Source: the human T2T-CHM13v2.0 reference genome, Homo sapiens
Length of the DNA: 64,000 nt
Assembly (NCBI RefSeq): GCF_009914755.1
Contig: NC_060936.1
Direction: 5' to 3' (one strand)
The translations under genes were made by a program, and so were the position numbers. The notes below the pieces were generated by a model, which ran no database searches, was not told the DNA's origin, and saw only the letters and a program-made list of their open reading frames with translations. Of this stretch, positions 1 to 13,913 are shown one piece after another; position 1 is the stretch's first letter; the number at the start of each line of letters is the position of its first letter.

Positions 1-740
1 CCACCACACTTGGCTCTGAGTGTAGTTGTATTTCTTTAAAAATTACTGGACATCGTTGTGGCATAGAGTAAAGTTATCTGGAGATCAGTTTAATTCATTC
101 AAGGCTTGCTTTTACTTTTTTTTTTTAGGTGGGTCTACAGTAACCTTTACTCTGGAGCTAACTTAACCCCACTGTTAAGACTTACGTTCCCTCTGGAATG
201 TCTAGTGAATGTGCCATGTATTAAGCATGATCCCTCTACTTGGGCTGGTAGTTACTTGAATGATTGTTGGCCTTGTGTGAGCTCCAGGGATTTTTCTGTT
301 TATGTATCTCCAGTATTGTTCTTTCTTTGGAGGTTTTTCTTTTTCTGTCTTCATGAAGTTTCACTCTTGTGCAGATTGATATTCAACTGAAGATACAAAG
401 ATAACTTTAGGTTGTTTTCTGGACCTCTTTTTTGGTATAGTACCCTCTTTTCTGTTCCTCTGCCTGAAAATTCTAGCTGACTCAGCCTTCCCCAACTCTA
501 GTTTCTGTACTTTCAACTCAGAGGATTACTTGACCCTGTTTCTGTTTTTCTACCTGGCACCATATTTAGGAATTGGATTCAGGCAAAAAGCTGGGTGATG
601 GTAGGGTTTGCCTCCTTTGTATCTTTTCTATTAGGGATCACAGTCCTGTCTTTTATCCAGGTCTGATCATGAATGTTTGACATATTTTTGTCCAGTATTC
701 AGCAGTTTTCAGAAGGAGCCACTCCATACCCTATTACCTC
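1..740 (-). mobile_element. Old L1M fragment, antisense
   Basis: T-rich, degenerate L1M-like sequence resembling 18600-19150 (gatcagttt...aggcttgctttta; ctcacctcatttgtttc-like motifs). Boundaries approximate. Confidence 0.5.
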
Positions 741-1189
741 ATGGAAGTTTGACAAAACCTTTAAAGGTTTGACAAAAACACTTTTTAAAAGAAGACGTGT
801 ATTATTCATATCTGTTTCTCCATTTTAGACCTTTCTTCACTTCTTACCGGCTAAATAATCCCATTTCCTCTATTTTGTACAAATCCCTCAAACATATTAA
901 TATTCTCTTCCTCCACACTGTTAACTGCACATTTATCACATAAAGTTAGTCTTTTCTTTCCATCATCATGCTTGTCTTGCCAATTTCCTAATTCATAATA
1001 AATAGATGGTCCTAGGAAAACAATCTCACCTGTAATATGAGAGTTATTCAATTAATTTTTTGCATCAGTGAATACACATACCTTTTACAACCAACCTGAA
1101 CTTCCTGTGTGCATAATTTCATTGCTACTTAACTTAATTAAAAAATTATTGTTTATGCCCAATATTTCAAATAAATTTATTTAAATTTA

Positions 1190-1600
1190 TTAAATATTTA
1201 TTGATTAAAAACTACTGTCTACAAGGCTGAACTCTAGGATGAGGGAAGAAAAATATAAGTATGTCATAAACTCTGAACTCAAGGTGTAAAGACACATATC
1301 TATACATAACTAGACAGTAAAACTAGACCAAAATTATAAGCATTACAGAGATACTAAAACAAGGTATTAGAAAACATAAAGAGGAAGCAACCAGGGCAAG
1401 TAGAGGAGAGAATTCACAGAGTGTTTGCATTTGAGCAAAAGCACCTCATGAGATAAGAATTCTGACAGAGAAAAGGGGAGATGGGAATGAGGCACAGAGT
1501 TTGCATGATTAAGGCAGTATGAATGTGCTTGCTGTGTCTGGCAAATGAGCTATTAGGAAAGGCATGGTGGGGAGATGGTACATGAAAAATAAATCAGGGC
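1190..1600 (-). mobile_element. L2 3' fragment
   Basis: Pattern tatttattga...actactg...ctagg followed by purine-rich sequence, typical of an antisense L2 3' end. Confidence 0.45.
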
Positions 1601-3009
1601 TCTATTATGTAAAACTGATAGTTTAAAACAAGTTCAACATTAGTCAAGGCACAATTTTCTACTTCTTATTCTACTGAGATCAAAAAATAGAAAGCTTCTA
1701 CGTATTAGATACAAAAGGATTCAGAGACTGTTTCTCTTCTCTAAATTCCCATAATTCAGATGTTTGGACAACTCAATCTATTGTTTTGAACTATTTTCTG
1801 GAGATTGCATGAAGTATATCTTATCTCTGTAATTGCAAGAACAATATTTTCTATTATTTGTGTATCCTGCAAGATGACTAGCACAGTTCAGGGCACATCA
1901 TGTGTATATACGTTTTGATTAGACAACTCTTGCTCTTTCACATGTTCTATTTTGTCCTTAGATGACTATAAAATAGAAATGCTTTCAGTGCTGATGTTTA
2001 CGTAAATATGTACTTGTATGCATGTGTGTGTGTATATTGGACTGAAACAGAAATTAATAGGCATGTTTGATCAAAAAAATGTGAAGAATTCTCTCAACAG
2101 CCCCGCAATCAAAAGATAAACACCCCCATTATTAAATAGCAATATTTTATCCTTTTCAATATACAACATATATTCCCTGTCTTTTCTCATCTTTATATTG
2201 TATACATATTATTTCTATCATATTTTAAGCCATTTTCTGGGAAAGCAGTTGTTCAGTTACATGAAAGTAAAATTTGGGAGAAAAAGTATATAATTAAAAT
2301 GTATATTAACTAAGTCATGATAAATCATCAAAACTTAGGACTGAAGCATTTTATATTGAAAATAAAATGAATATAAATTAGACATTAAGTCTGTTAGATC
2401 AGAAGTCTGTTAGAACTGACTAACTCTAGTTCACGACACTAAATCAAGGTAGCAGAAATAAAGTAGTATGTGGTACTACTCCAGATATTGCCAAATTTAA
2501 AATGCTTCTTTTGTATGCTCAATAGCATTCAGTAAATTTTTTTTGGTTGAAAAATTTATTAATTAACGCTAGCCAAAGAAAATAAAACCTGATGTTTTCT
2601 CCCCCACCCCAAATAATCTTTAATAAACATATTAACAATGCTGAGTGATTTTAAAACTCTTTTCTTTTTTGAGATAAAATTTTTTAAGTGGAAAAGAATT
2701 TTTCAGATGTACCAAGACAAGTTCAAAAACATGGCAATATCCTTCAACCTATGCAACATTCTCACCATCTTGTCAGCATTTAATTAAATCTCCCTGACCC
2801 AGGTTCAAATGCCAGAATTGGAATACCTGAACCACATCCTATCTAGCCAAGGCATTAAACCCATGCTGGATAAGTCTTCTGTCTGAGATAATGAAGTAGG
2901 AGGTACCCAGGACAATCAAAGACATCAGCAACTTCTGACTTACCAGGTTTACTGTTAATTCATTCCCCATTTCTTCACTTTGATCTTCCTAATGGTGAAC
3001 TAATTTCAT

Positions 3010-3515
3010 CTTCAAGAAAAGGAATTTTTCTACTCTTCATCTATGGATTTCCATATCTGAAAATCCCTTTCAAATACACGTAACTCTGACCAAACAGAAC
3101 TACTCCAAACATATCTGACCCTGTGCCACTAAATCTGTCAGTTACAACATCACCAGGGAATGCCATCCTGTCATTGCATAAAGACAAAACCTCTTCCTGT
3201 GGCAGCCTGCAGCTAATAACTGGTTGAAGAAGTGCAGCTACCTCCTCCAAACTGAGAACAATTCTGAAAGGTCACCCCAGCTTCTGAGTTCCTGTGATGT
3301 TGGTCAAGCAGAAACAGATCATTCAGTGGACAGCACCTACAGAAACCTTCTCCAGTAAGGTGTGAATCCCAACCTTAGGGAGAGGTGCTCTCTTCCATGA
3401 TTGTCCTTCCTTGGATACTCTCCCCCAGCCATAGAATACCTTTATAGTTTGTTTTACATATTTATAGTTACTCTCCTATCATAGTTTAATAATCTTTGGT
3501 GTTAAACTTTCTTGG
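3010..3515 (+). mobile_element. Old ERVL-type LTR fragment(s) (LTR16-like, then MER21/MER77-like)
   Basis: gaacaattctgaaaggtcaccccagcttctgagttcc resembles LTR16; the downstream tract ending taataatctttggtgttaaactt resembles an LTR tail. Highly degenerate. Confidence 0.3.
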
Positions 3516-3529
3516 GAAACTTCAACACA

Positions 3530-6300
3530 GAAATATAAGCAGGAAATGATAAGAAAAGAAAAGGCTAATGTTGAGCCAAAGACACAATAAAACTGGTTGA
3601 AATAAGAAAAGAATACATTATGAAATTTAAACTATTTTGTCTCTAAAAGCCAAACTGATTTTACATAAAATCAAATTAGTGTTTTGGTGGCCAAATTGGA
3701 GACATTCACCAAAATCCATACCCTCAAAAAGGTCAGAAAACATGGTGTATCAAAGAAATCAAGAACACTGATCTATTCTAAGACCATATAATCTTAGGTG
3801 AAAAAGCCTGAGCAGAGAATACAAACGAAATAATCAAAAATATAATAGAAGAAAACTTTCCAGAATCAAGAAAGATGAGGTATACAACAAATGCCTGGAA
3901 GAACTGGAAAATAATCATATCAAGACATACTCAGGCAAAATCTTTTAATTCCAAGGAAAAAGAATAACCTATCCAAGCTTCCAGAATGAACACTCAGATT
4001 GCCTACTGTACTAGCCAGGATTCTTAGAGGCAAATAATAGAAACTGACTCTGTTAAGTAAATCAGATACTTTGTTTTTACATCCCAAACATCCAGAAAAC
4101 AAAGAAAATTTAAAAATCCTGAAGTCCACCATATCTATGCCAAGAAGAAAAAATATTATGTTGACCTTATATTTTTGGAACATATGCAATATAAACAATA
4201 GTATAAGCATTATATGACATAAAATGTCAACAGACTACTCAAGGTACAAGGTTATAACTCAAGAATTTTATACCAAGAAAAGTTACTGGTTATGTTTAAA
4301 AGCAAGACAGATAATGCAGTCCTCATGAATAATTCTTGAGATAATACATTTATCCTATTTGAAAATAAATTACAACTTGCCAAGAGACAAATTAAGGAAT
4401 CAAAAAGGTGCAACATGTCATATAAAGTATAATTCATGAATATTGAAATAAATTAAATACAAAGTTTTAAGCATAACAATATTTATTAATATAATTATAG
4501 AATATGGTTATTAATATGGTCATTATTTTCAGTGAAACAATTACATATTTATAGAACTCAAGATCAGCTCAAAATTATAATTTAGAAGGGTAAAGTATGG
4601 CAACTAGTTACAAGATTAATATAAAAATCAACAGTCTTTCTATTTATAAGCAAAGACTTCTAGAATATACAACAGGAAAAGAACATGAGTCAAAAAATTT
4701 AAAAATCAAAAATTAAAACAACTAACAATAACCTTAAATAAGAAACGTTGGTGCCCTAGGGAAATAAAACTAATTATGAAATAAAGAAATACATGTCAAG
4801 AGACAAAGGAAAATTAATTTAAATGGAGAAAAATGTCATAATAATGTTTGAGAAAGCTGAACTTTTCAAAGATGGCAAATCTTCCTCAAATAAAAGTGTA
4901 TTGGGGATTATAATAATTTATGGATGCTTTATATAAGTTATACATAAAGTGAGGGCTGAAACTTTGTCATATTTTATTATATCTAAGACTAGAACTGTAC
5001 ATAACACACATTTGTTTAACAATAAATACTTTCCAATAAATGGTTAAAGTAATAAATTAATCCTAGCTGGACCTGCAAGGAAAGATGGCAATATGAATTT
5101 AAAAACCGCTATAAAATAAAAGAAAGAAGAGAAGAGCTAAGGAAATGTATGACAAAGAATATAAGTACTATGAAAAGTAAAACACTACAGGACTTGTGCA
5201 AGAATAATAGAGTAAATAGTTCTAGTTCAGAACTGAATATATAATCTTTATTATAAAAACACATGAAAAAGAAGCACCAAAGTTTATAAAAAATAAGTGG
5301 ATTACTCAATAAACTATGATGGGAAATGAGTTTATGTGTCTGAAAACAAAACATGCGAATTGAAGTCTTCTGTGGGAAAAAATAGGCATTTTCTTTTAAA
5401 GGCATTTCTACTATAAATAGTAGTAAATATAATAGAAGAAATGATTTATAGACTTCATTTCATTAAAAAAATTAACCCCTGTATTTGAACATTAATACTA
5501 AAATTCTAAAACACGTGAAAACTTTGGAAAATTATTTACAATAAATACAACAAAATAATAATATCCTTAATATGCAAAGACTCTATATACCAGTAAGAAA
5601 AATAGCACGGTAAATGAAAAGCATACGAAAGACTTGAAAAGATCATTTTAAAAGTAGTACAATTGACCACTGATCATACAAAATATGTTTAACTACTTTA
5701 GTATTTATAGCAATTAAAACTCAAATAGCAAGGAGATAACATGTTTTATCAATCAAACTGGCATGTTTTCAAACCATAATGTTTGGTGAGGGGCTTTGCA
5801 TTGGGAATGTAAATTAACAAAAATATTTTGAAGGATAAGTTGGTAGTATGTGTAAAGAATCTTTAAAAAGTTTCTTCTCTTTCAGAAATTCCACTTCTAG
5901 TTATCTATACTAAGAGAATAAATGTTATATGTATGTGTAATGATATTCATTATTCCATTGATATAAAAGCAAATAATTGAAAACACTTAATATTTAACTG
6001 AAAAACACTGTTAAATAAATTAGAGTATATCTATGTAAGAAAATATTTAAAGATCTTTAAAATCATATTCTCAGAAAATATTTAGTAATATGAAAAATTG
6101 TCATTTTATTATTTTAATATGTTGCACTGTTTTAAAAAGTAGTATAATAAACCCTAGGAGGATAAATTCCAGTTTTAAATGTTTTTTAATAAAATTTATC
6201 TTTAAATAGTGAAATAATGGCCTATTTAAATTTTTTAATACTTTTCTGAATTTTGCAAACTTTCAATGATCAATTCAGAATGCTTTTATAATCAAATATT
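3530..6300 (+). mobile_element. Old L1ME-type remnant (ORF1, ORF2 and 3' fragments)
   Basis: A-rich strand with L1 motifs (aaatataatagaagaaaactttccagaa; ataaaaatcaacagtctttctat; aattccacttctag). No open frames. Confidence 0.55.
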
Positions 6301-6616
6301 ACTGATGTTATATGTGTCAATGAAGTTATTTCACCTCTACCAATCTAACCCAAAAAAAGGTAGATGTGCACAAAGATTTTTTACTCAAGGATATTTATCA
6401 TCATATTATATATAATAAAATAAATGTATAAACAATCTAAATGTTTAACCATAGAAAATAATTAAATTGTGCTACCTCTGTGTGTATACTTTTATATATT
6501 AGGATATTATTACTATAAGTAAAATTTCATAAAATGTTATTGGCATGGGAAAATTTTCATGAAAATTAAGAAATAAAATGCACAGCATGATTCTGTTTCA
6601 TTTTTATAGTGACTTG

Positions 6617-6981
6617 TGATAGGGTTTGGCTTTGTCCCCACTCAAATCTCATCTTGAATTGTACTACCTGTAATCCCCACATGTCTTTGGAGGGACCCAG
6701 TGGGAGGTAATTGACTCATGGGGGCAGATACCCTCATGCAGTTTTTTGTGATAGTGAGTGAGTTCTGATGGTTTCATAAGGGGTTTTTCCCCCTTTGCTT
6801 GGCACTTCTCCTTCCTGCTGCCATGTGAAGAAGGACATGTTTGCTTCCCCTTCTGCCATTGTTTTAAGTTTCCTGAGGCTTCCCCAGCCCTGTGGAACTG
6901 TGAGTCAATTAAACCTCTTTTCATCATAAACTACCCAGTCTTGGGTATGTCTTGATAGCATTGTGAGCATAGACTAATACA
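6617..6981 (+). mobile_element. THE1 (THE1C/D-like) solo LTR, ERVL-MaLR
   Basis: Starts tgatagggtttggctttgtcccca and ends gactaataca; flanked by acttg/actcg, a probable 5-bp TSD with CpG decay. Confidence 0.9.
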
Positions 6982-7491
6982 CTCGCATATATAAAAACTA
7001 AGATAAAATATATTAAAACACATCTCTGTATGACAGGTGAATTTTCATTATTCATACATATCCTATTTTCCAAATTGTCTATAATAAGAAAAAACAAGCT
7101 TTTTAAAGAAAAATGGAAGATTATTCCTCCATTTAGAATCCCATAATACTAAGTGATTTGTTGAAATGTTCATCAGAATGCAGAGGCAATCCTAAGAATT
7201 TAACTGCAAATTACAGAATTTTCCTATCTTCACACTTTCTAATTGCCAAATAATTTATAAAAATAAGTAGGACTTAATTTCATGACATGTATTAAAATAA
7301 ATAAAGTAAATGGTTTTCAATTTGAAATATTCCATTAAGTCTTTTCTAACTTGAGCTTATGAAATGCATGCTTGCTTCTTGTTTCTTTTTAGGCCTTTGC
7401 TTCCAGAAATGTTAAAATAACATGATTACTAAATATATCTCCAAGTTTCATACAGCTACTGTGAAGTCAAAATCTGGAAAACAAGTAGAAA

Positions 7492-7576
7492 AGTGGAGTA
7501 CTTACTGTTGGCAAGAACTACCACAGATCCCTAAGACTATTGTTCTATAAATGTTAAATTATAAAGTGATACAAAT
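7492..7576 (+). repeat. 85-bp dispersed direct repeat, copy A
   Basis: Aligns without gaps to 8846-8930 with 8 mismatches (manual count). Confidence 0.9.
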
Positions 7577-8379
7577 AAATTAGATTTTAAAAGGGAGGAA
7601 TGGAGTAGGAAGAAGGAGAATGTGTTGTGAGACACAGTAGAACACACAGGAAGAGTTGAGGTATATATCTTTATTCTTACTGACATATATCCCAAATAAA
7701 TGAAAGCAAACTCAATATTTCATGTATTCAGATTAATAACACCTATTTCTAATTTTAATGTAATAGGTTCTTTAACAAAAAGTTTTCAAAATATTTCAAA
7801 GGGCTTATAAAAGTGAATCTTTAGCTTTCTTCTAAGTACACTTTTGCGCTCCTACATCTTTCATAGCCTAGACCTAATTTCTAGTTTCTGGCCTCATCTC
7901 CGTTTCTAGGTCCTGCTCCACAGAGGTGTGATCAGGAGGGCCATGCACCATTACAAAATTGACATGACTTAGATCTTAAAAGCAGTACCACTTGCCCCTC
8001 CTCCAAACTGTTTGTTTTTTTATTTTTTTGTTTTTTTTCCTTAAGGCTGCTCAAGAAAGTAGCAAATAATATAGCCTAAATAATATATGATTTGTTGAGG
8101 ACTTTTTTGGAGGAGAGGAAAGGGATGTGATTATTTAAAACTGCACAAGTGGGAAACAATTTCCAAATGCTTTTCAGAAAATATCTTGTAATTAGATTCT
8201 CTTTTAAAACTACTAGGACTTTGAAGTAAAATAATGTCTGCTGCTGAGAACACTGTTGAATTGCAGTTAACTCCTACTAGTGATCAAAATGACCCAGTCA
8301 AATCTCCAGCTGCTTATGTAATTCTGAATAAATTCTCCATTTTTTAAGAAGGATACACCAAAGAAATAAAGTTCAGTTT

Positions 8380-8823
<444 letters not shown>

Positions 8824-8845
8824 TTACTGTTCTACTTAACACAGG

Positions 8846-8930
8846 AGTGGAGTACATACTGTTACCAAGAACTGCCACAGAGCCCTAAGACTATAGTTCT
8901 ATAAATGTTAAATTACAAAATGATACAAAT
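8846..8930 (+). repeat. 85-bp dispersed direct repeat, copy B
   Basis: About 91% identical to 7492-7576. Confidence 0.9.
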
Positions 8931-9267
8931 CGTTTTCATGATTCCAGGAAGATGGCAGCCTGTGTCTGTATTCTCTATTCCTTCTCCTTCCTAAGTCCCT
9001 GGTGTGGCTACTTTTCCTAGAAAATAACTAAGTGTACTCTTGGAGGCTAGAAAGAACCTGGAATCATCTGAGATTTTAAGTCCTAAAAATGAAGATATAA
9101 TTCTGGCCTAAAACTTACTGGACAGTGGTCAGAACCCCTTCTAGGCTAACTTCTCCTACATAACTTGGAACAAATGTCACAGATTCCCGGATAACCACAA
9201 GCAAGGAGAGAAAATTCTCCTACCTGTTTACTAAGAGAGCCCAAGTGTCCCTTTACACTGTAGTGTT

Positions 9268-9311
9268 GGGCTAAGTACAATCCATCCCTGGGCTAAGTAC
9301 AATCCATCCCT
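9268..9311 (+). repeat. Perfect 22-bp tandem duplication
   Basis: gggctaagtacaatccatccct occurs twice in tandem. Confidence 0.95.
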
Positions 9312-9986
9312 GATTGCACCAAACTTAAAAAAAAATCTCTTTTTCTAAGCCTAAATTTCACTAAAAGCACTCTGGAGCTAAACACTCCCATTTAATTATT
9401 TATTGTTGTTTAATTACCATTTTCTTAGAGACTCCAAAACCTGAGCAGTACAGGTGTTGACAGATCCCATGTCCAATAATATGAATGCCCATTAATATGA
9501 ACAATAAGGATCAACAAACCATTTTATGAGACAGTGGCTTAAAAGAAGAAAACTTAGATGATCAACAAGAGTAGTAGAGGTAAAAATAACAGAGGACACA
9601 CAAAAAAATGGGGAAAAATGTACTATAATCTCTTATAAATATGAAATTAGAATGTGTAAAAACAGTGTCTAGAACTAAAAGAAAGAACTCTTGAATTTTA
9701 AAGTTCAGTTGAGAAAATGAAAACGTCACTGAAGAAAAGTAATTTTGTGTTTTAGAAAATCAAGTGAAGAAAACAGAATAAAAATGAACCCTGATAGGTA
9801 TCAAGTACAGATTAAACATTTGTAAGTTGGTGAATAATGGGATAAAAACAAATGAAGATGTGATCAAAGAAATAATAAACAAAAGCTCTCCTCATCTGAA
9901 GTTACACTCAGATTAAAAGAGCTCACTTGTTAAATAATTTAAATGGCACGTATTTAAAGATAATCTGATGATTTTTGAACTCTAAA

Positions 9987-10290
9987 GTTTTGTTGTTGTT
10001 TTGTTTGAGACAGGGTCTGGCTAGGTCACCCAGGCTGGAGTGCAGTGGCACCATCTCGACTCACTGCAACCTCCACCCCCAGGCTCAAGCCATCCTCCCA
10101 CCTCAGCCTCCCAAGTACCTCGGACTACAGGTATGTACCAACACACCCAGATAATTTTTTTTTATTTTTTGTAGAAATAGGGTTTCACTATGTTGCCCAG
10201 GCTGGTCTCAAACTCCTGACTTCAAGTGATCCGCCCTCCTCGGCCTCCCAAAGTGCTGGGATAACAGGTGTGGGCTACCATGACTGTCCG
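9987..10290 (-). mobile_element. Alu (AluJ-like)
   Basis: Antisense Alu with a (ttg)n-degraded tail; TSD gaactctaa on both sides. Confidence 0.93.
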
Positions 10291-10804
10291 AACTCTAACA
10301 TTGAACTGGAAATATTACCAGTTTCAACAAGGGAAGAGAAAAGCAGATATTTTCAAATAAAAAAGAACCAAATCATTATCAAATTCTTAACTGTAACATC
10401 AGAAGTTAGAACACAATAGACCAACCATTGTAGATTATGGAAGAAAATAACTGTTAAAAATAGGCAGCTGGACTTGAAATCCTGCCTAAATATGGGAAAT
10501 GGCAGACAGGAGTCAGGACTAACTTGCAGCACCCACTCGGATGGAGAGAACAGCATGTGGAGACTCACATTGTAAACTTTTGCTCCAAGAACTGCCATAG
10601 GAACATACCAGAAAAACTGAAAGAATTCACAGATCCTTTGAAAGAAGCACCTTGTTACTGCAAACTCTGTGAGACAGTTGAAAAAATGTCTTGAAAAGTG
10701 TGAAAGGGGAAAATCTGCCTCCAAACACACATCCTCCTTGGGGAACCTGAAAATCCAGACCACGGGAGAAGGATTTAAACTTATCTAGAGCTGAAACAAA
10801 TTTA

Positions 10805-11164
<360 letters not shown>

Positions 11165-13545
11165 TCAGGGGAGCCATTTCTGACTTTATCTCACAGGGGT
11201 CTGTGGGAGGGCTGCAAGTGGAACTGGGGAAGGACCACAGGGAGAAAGAAACTTCCAGCTGAACTTCTGTAATAATTTTGACCAAGCATGAATTTTCCTG
11301 GGCAGAATCGGGGGAGGGGGAGAATAGGAAGTGTGGACATAAACACAGAAACTGCGGCAGGCAGGGAGGGGTGAAGCCTGAAATCCCTGCTTGCTTTCTC
11401 AGCTCTTAGTGGGTAGGCTTGTAGCCTGGTACAAGATCTCAGTACTGCTCACAGGCTCCCTGTATATAAACTCAGTGCTATTGGAGGGGCGTGGTAAGAG
11501 TTAGACTAGCCTTACTGGCTGCATGGGAGCTGAGTGAGGCCCGTCACTGCCAGCTTTTCCCCACTTCCCTGGTGACCTGTATAATGTACGAGAGGCAGCC
11601 ATAATCCCCCTAAGAACATAACTCCATTGGCCTGAGAACCACAATCCCATCCCCCACAGAAGCCATAGCAAGTCCTGCCCAAGGAGAGTCTGAGCTCAGA
11701 CACACCTAACCCGGCCTCCACTTGATGATTTTTCTCCACCTGCCCTGGTAGCCAAAGACAAAAGACATAATCTCTTGGGAGCTCCATGGCCCCACTCATC
11801 ACCTGAGAATCCTGAGTACTTATCCAGGCAACCTTAAAGCAAGCTTGTATACCCCTATACTATGCAGTTGATCTCTCCTGAAAGTGCCACCTCCTGGCTA
11901 GAGGCCAACCAACTCAAGCCATTACAGCAACTCATAAAAGAACAAACCCACTCCAAAGAAGAAGAAAACAACAGCTAATTCCACTGCCTGTAGCATCCTA
12001 GCTAACCAGAGGTCCTGAGTCTGTCCATGTGACAACTTCACTGCTAACACAACTAGCATTGAGAAAACCAGAACAATAAACAAAATTACAACCAAGGACA
12101 CTCACGGAGTCCACTTCACCCCTCTGCTACCTCCACTGGAGTAGCTGCTGGTATCCACAGCTGAGAGAACTGAAAATGGATCACATCACAGGACTCTTTG
12201 CAGACACTCCCCAGTACCAGCCCAGAGCCAAGTAGCTCCACTGGGTGGCTAGACCCAGAAGAGAAATAACAATCACAGCAGTCAGGCTGTCAGGAAGCCC
12301 CATTCCTAGAGGAAGGGGAAGAACACCACATCAAGAGAGCACCCTGTGGGACAAAAGAATCTGAATAGCAGCTCTTTAGCCCCAGATCATTCCTCTGACA
12401 TATTCTACCCAAATGAGAAGAAACCAAAAAGACAACTCTGCTAATATGACAAAACAAGGACCATTAACACCCCCAAAGATCACATTAGCTCATCAGCAAT
12501 GGATCCAAATCAAGAAGAAATCTCTCAATTGCCAGGAAAATAATTCAGAAGGTCACCTAACACATAAGGACTCACATAAACTTAAGGAAAAGGGGTGGAA
12601 AGAGATATTCCATGCAAACAGACACCAAAAGCGAGCAGGAGTAGCTATTCTTACATAAGGTAAAACAGACTTTGAAGCAACAAAAGTTTTAAAAAACAAA
12701 GAGGGACATTATGTAATGATAAAAGGACTAGTCCAACAGGAAAATATCACAATCCAAAATATATATGCAGAAGTTCCCAAATTTATAAAGCAATTACTAC
12801 TAGACCTAAGAAATGAGACAGACAGCAACACAATATTAGTGGAGGACTTCAATACTCCACTGACAGCACTAGACAGGTCATCAAGTTAGAAAGTCAACAA
12901 AGAAACAATGAACTTAAACTATATCCTATAATAAATGGACTTAACAGATATTTGCAGAACATTTTCTATCCAACAACTGCAGAATATACATTCTATCCAT
13001 CATCACATGGAACATTTTCCAAGATAGACCATATATGATAGGCCACAAAACAAAGCTCAATAAATTTAACAAAACTGAAATTATATCAAGTGCTCTCTCA
13101 TACCACAGTGCAATAAAATTGGAACAAAAGGAACCTTCAAAACCATGGAAATACATGGAAATGAAATAATCTACTCCTGAATAATCATTGGGTCAACAAT
13201 GAAATCAAAATGGAAATTTAAAAATTCTTCGAACTGAACAATAATAGTGACACATCCTATCAAACCTCTGGGATACAGCAAAAGTGGTGCTAAAAGGAAA
13301 GTTCATAGCATTAAATGCCTACATCAAAGAGTCTGAAAGAGCACATATAGACAATCTAAGGTCACACTTCAAGGAACTAGAGAAAGAAGAACAAGCCAAA
13401 CCCAAACCCAGCAGAAGAAAAGAAATAACCAAGATCAGAGTAGAACTAATTGATATTGAAACAACAACAACAAAAATACAAAAGATAAATGACATGAAAA
13501 GCTGGTTCTTGGAAAAGATAAACAAATCAATAGATCATTAGTGAG

Positions 13546-13913
13546 TGTATTAGTCCCTTTTCATGCTGCTGATAAAGACATACCCGAGAATGGGTAATTT
13601 ATTAAAAAATAAAAAAAAAGGTTTAATTGACTCACAGTTTCATCTGACTGGGGAGGCCTAACAATCATGGCAGAAGGTGACATACACGTCATACATGGCA
13701 GCAGACATGAGAGAAAGAGAATCAAGTGAAAGGGGTTTCCCCTTATGTAACCACCAGGTCTCGTGAGACTTATACACTACCATGAGAACAGTATGAGAGA
13801 AACTGCCCCCATTATTCAATTATCACCTACTGGGTCCCTCCCACAACATGTGGAAATTATGGAAGCTACAATTCAAGATGAGATTTGGGTGGGGACACAG
13901 CCAAATCATATCA
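13546..13913 (-). mobile_element. THE1 (THE1A/B/C-like) solo LTR inserted in L1PB ORF2
   Basis: tgtattagtc...catatca with 5-bp TSD gtgag/gcgag; the L1 sequence is contiguous across the insertion. Confidence 0.92.

Larger units (their letters stand above)
8940..10451 (+). mobile_element. Old L1M 5'/ORF1 region; resumes at 17255-17390
   Basis: L1 ORF1-like motifs (atcaaagaaataata, cagattaaaagagctcac); the continuation tatgaatcaagaatcctattaccaagcaag appears after the nested inserts. Confidence 0.55.

Noticed and set aside
748-778. 16-bp palindrome aaacctttaaaggttt between two gtttgacaaaa copies
   Set aside because: It looks like an operator, but a small local duplication in AT-rich DNA explains it and there is no supporting context.
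7343-7490. Plus-strand branch point and acceptor (ttctaac...tttctttttag)
   Set aside because: No convincing donor or open frame follows, and such acceptors are common by chance.
12413-12658. Apparent in-frame ORF1-ORF2 fusion protein
   Set aside because: The frame is continuous only because of a separate frameshift early in ORF1, and it stops after 81 codons.
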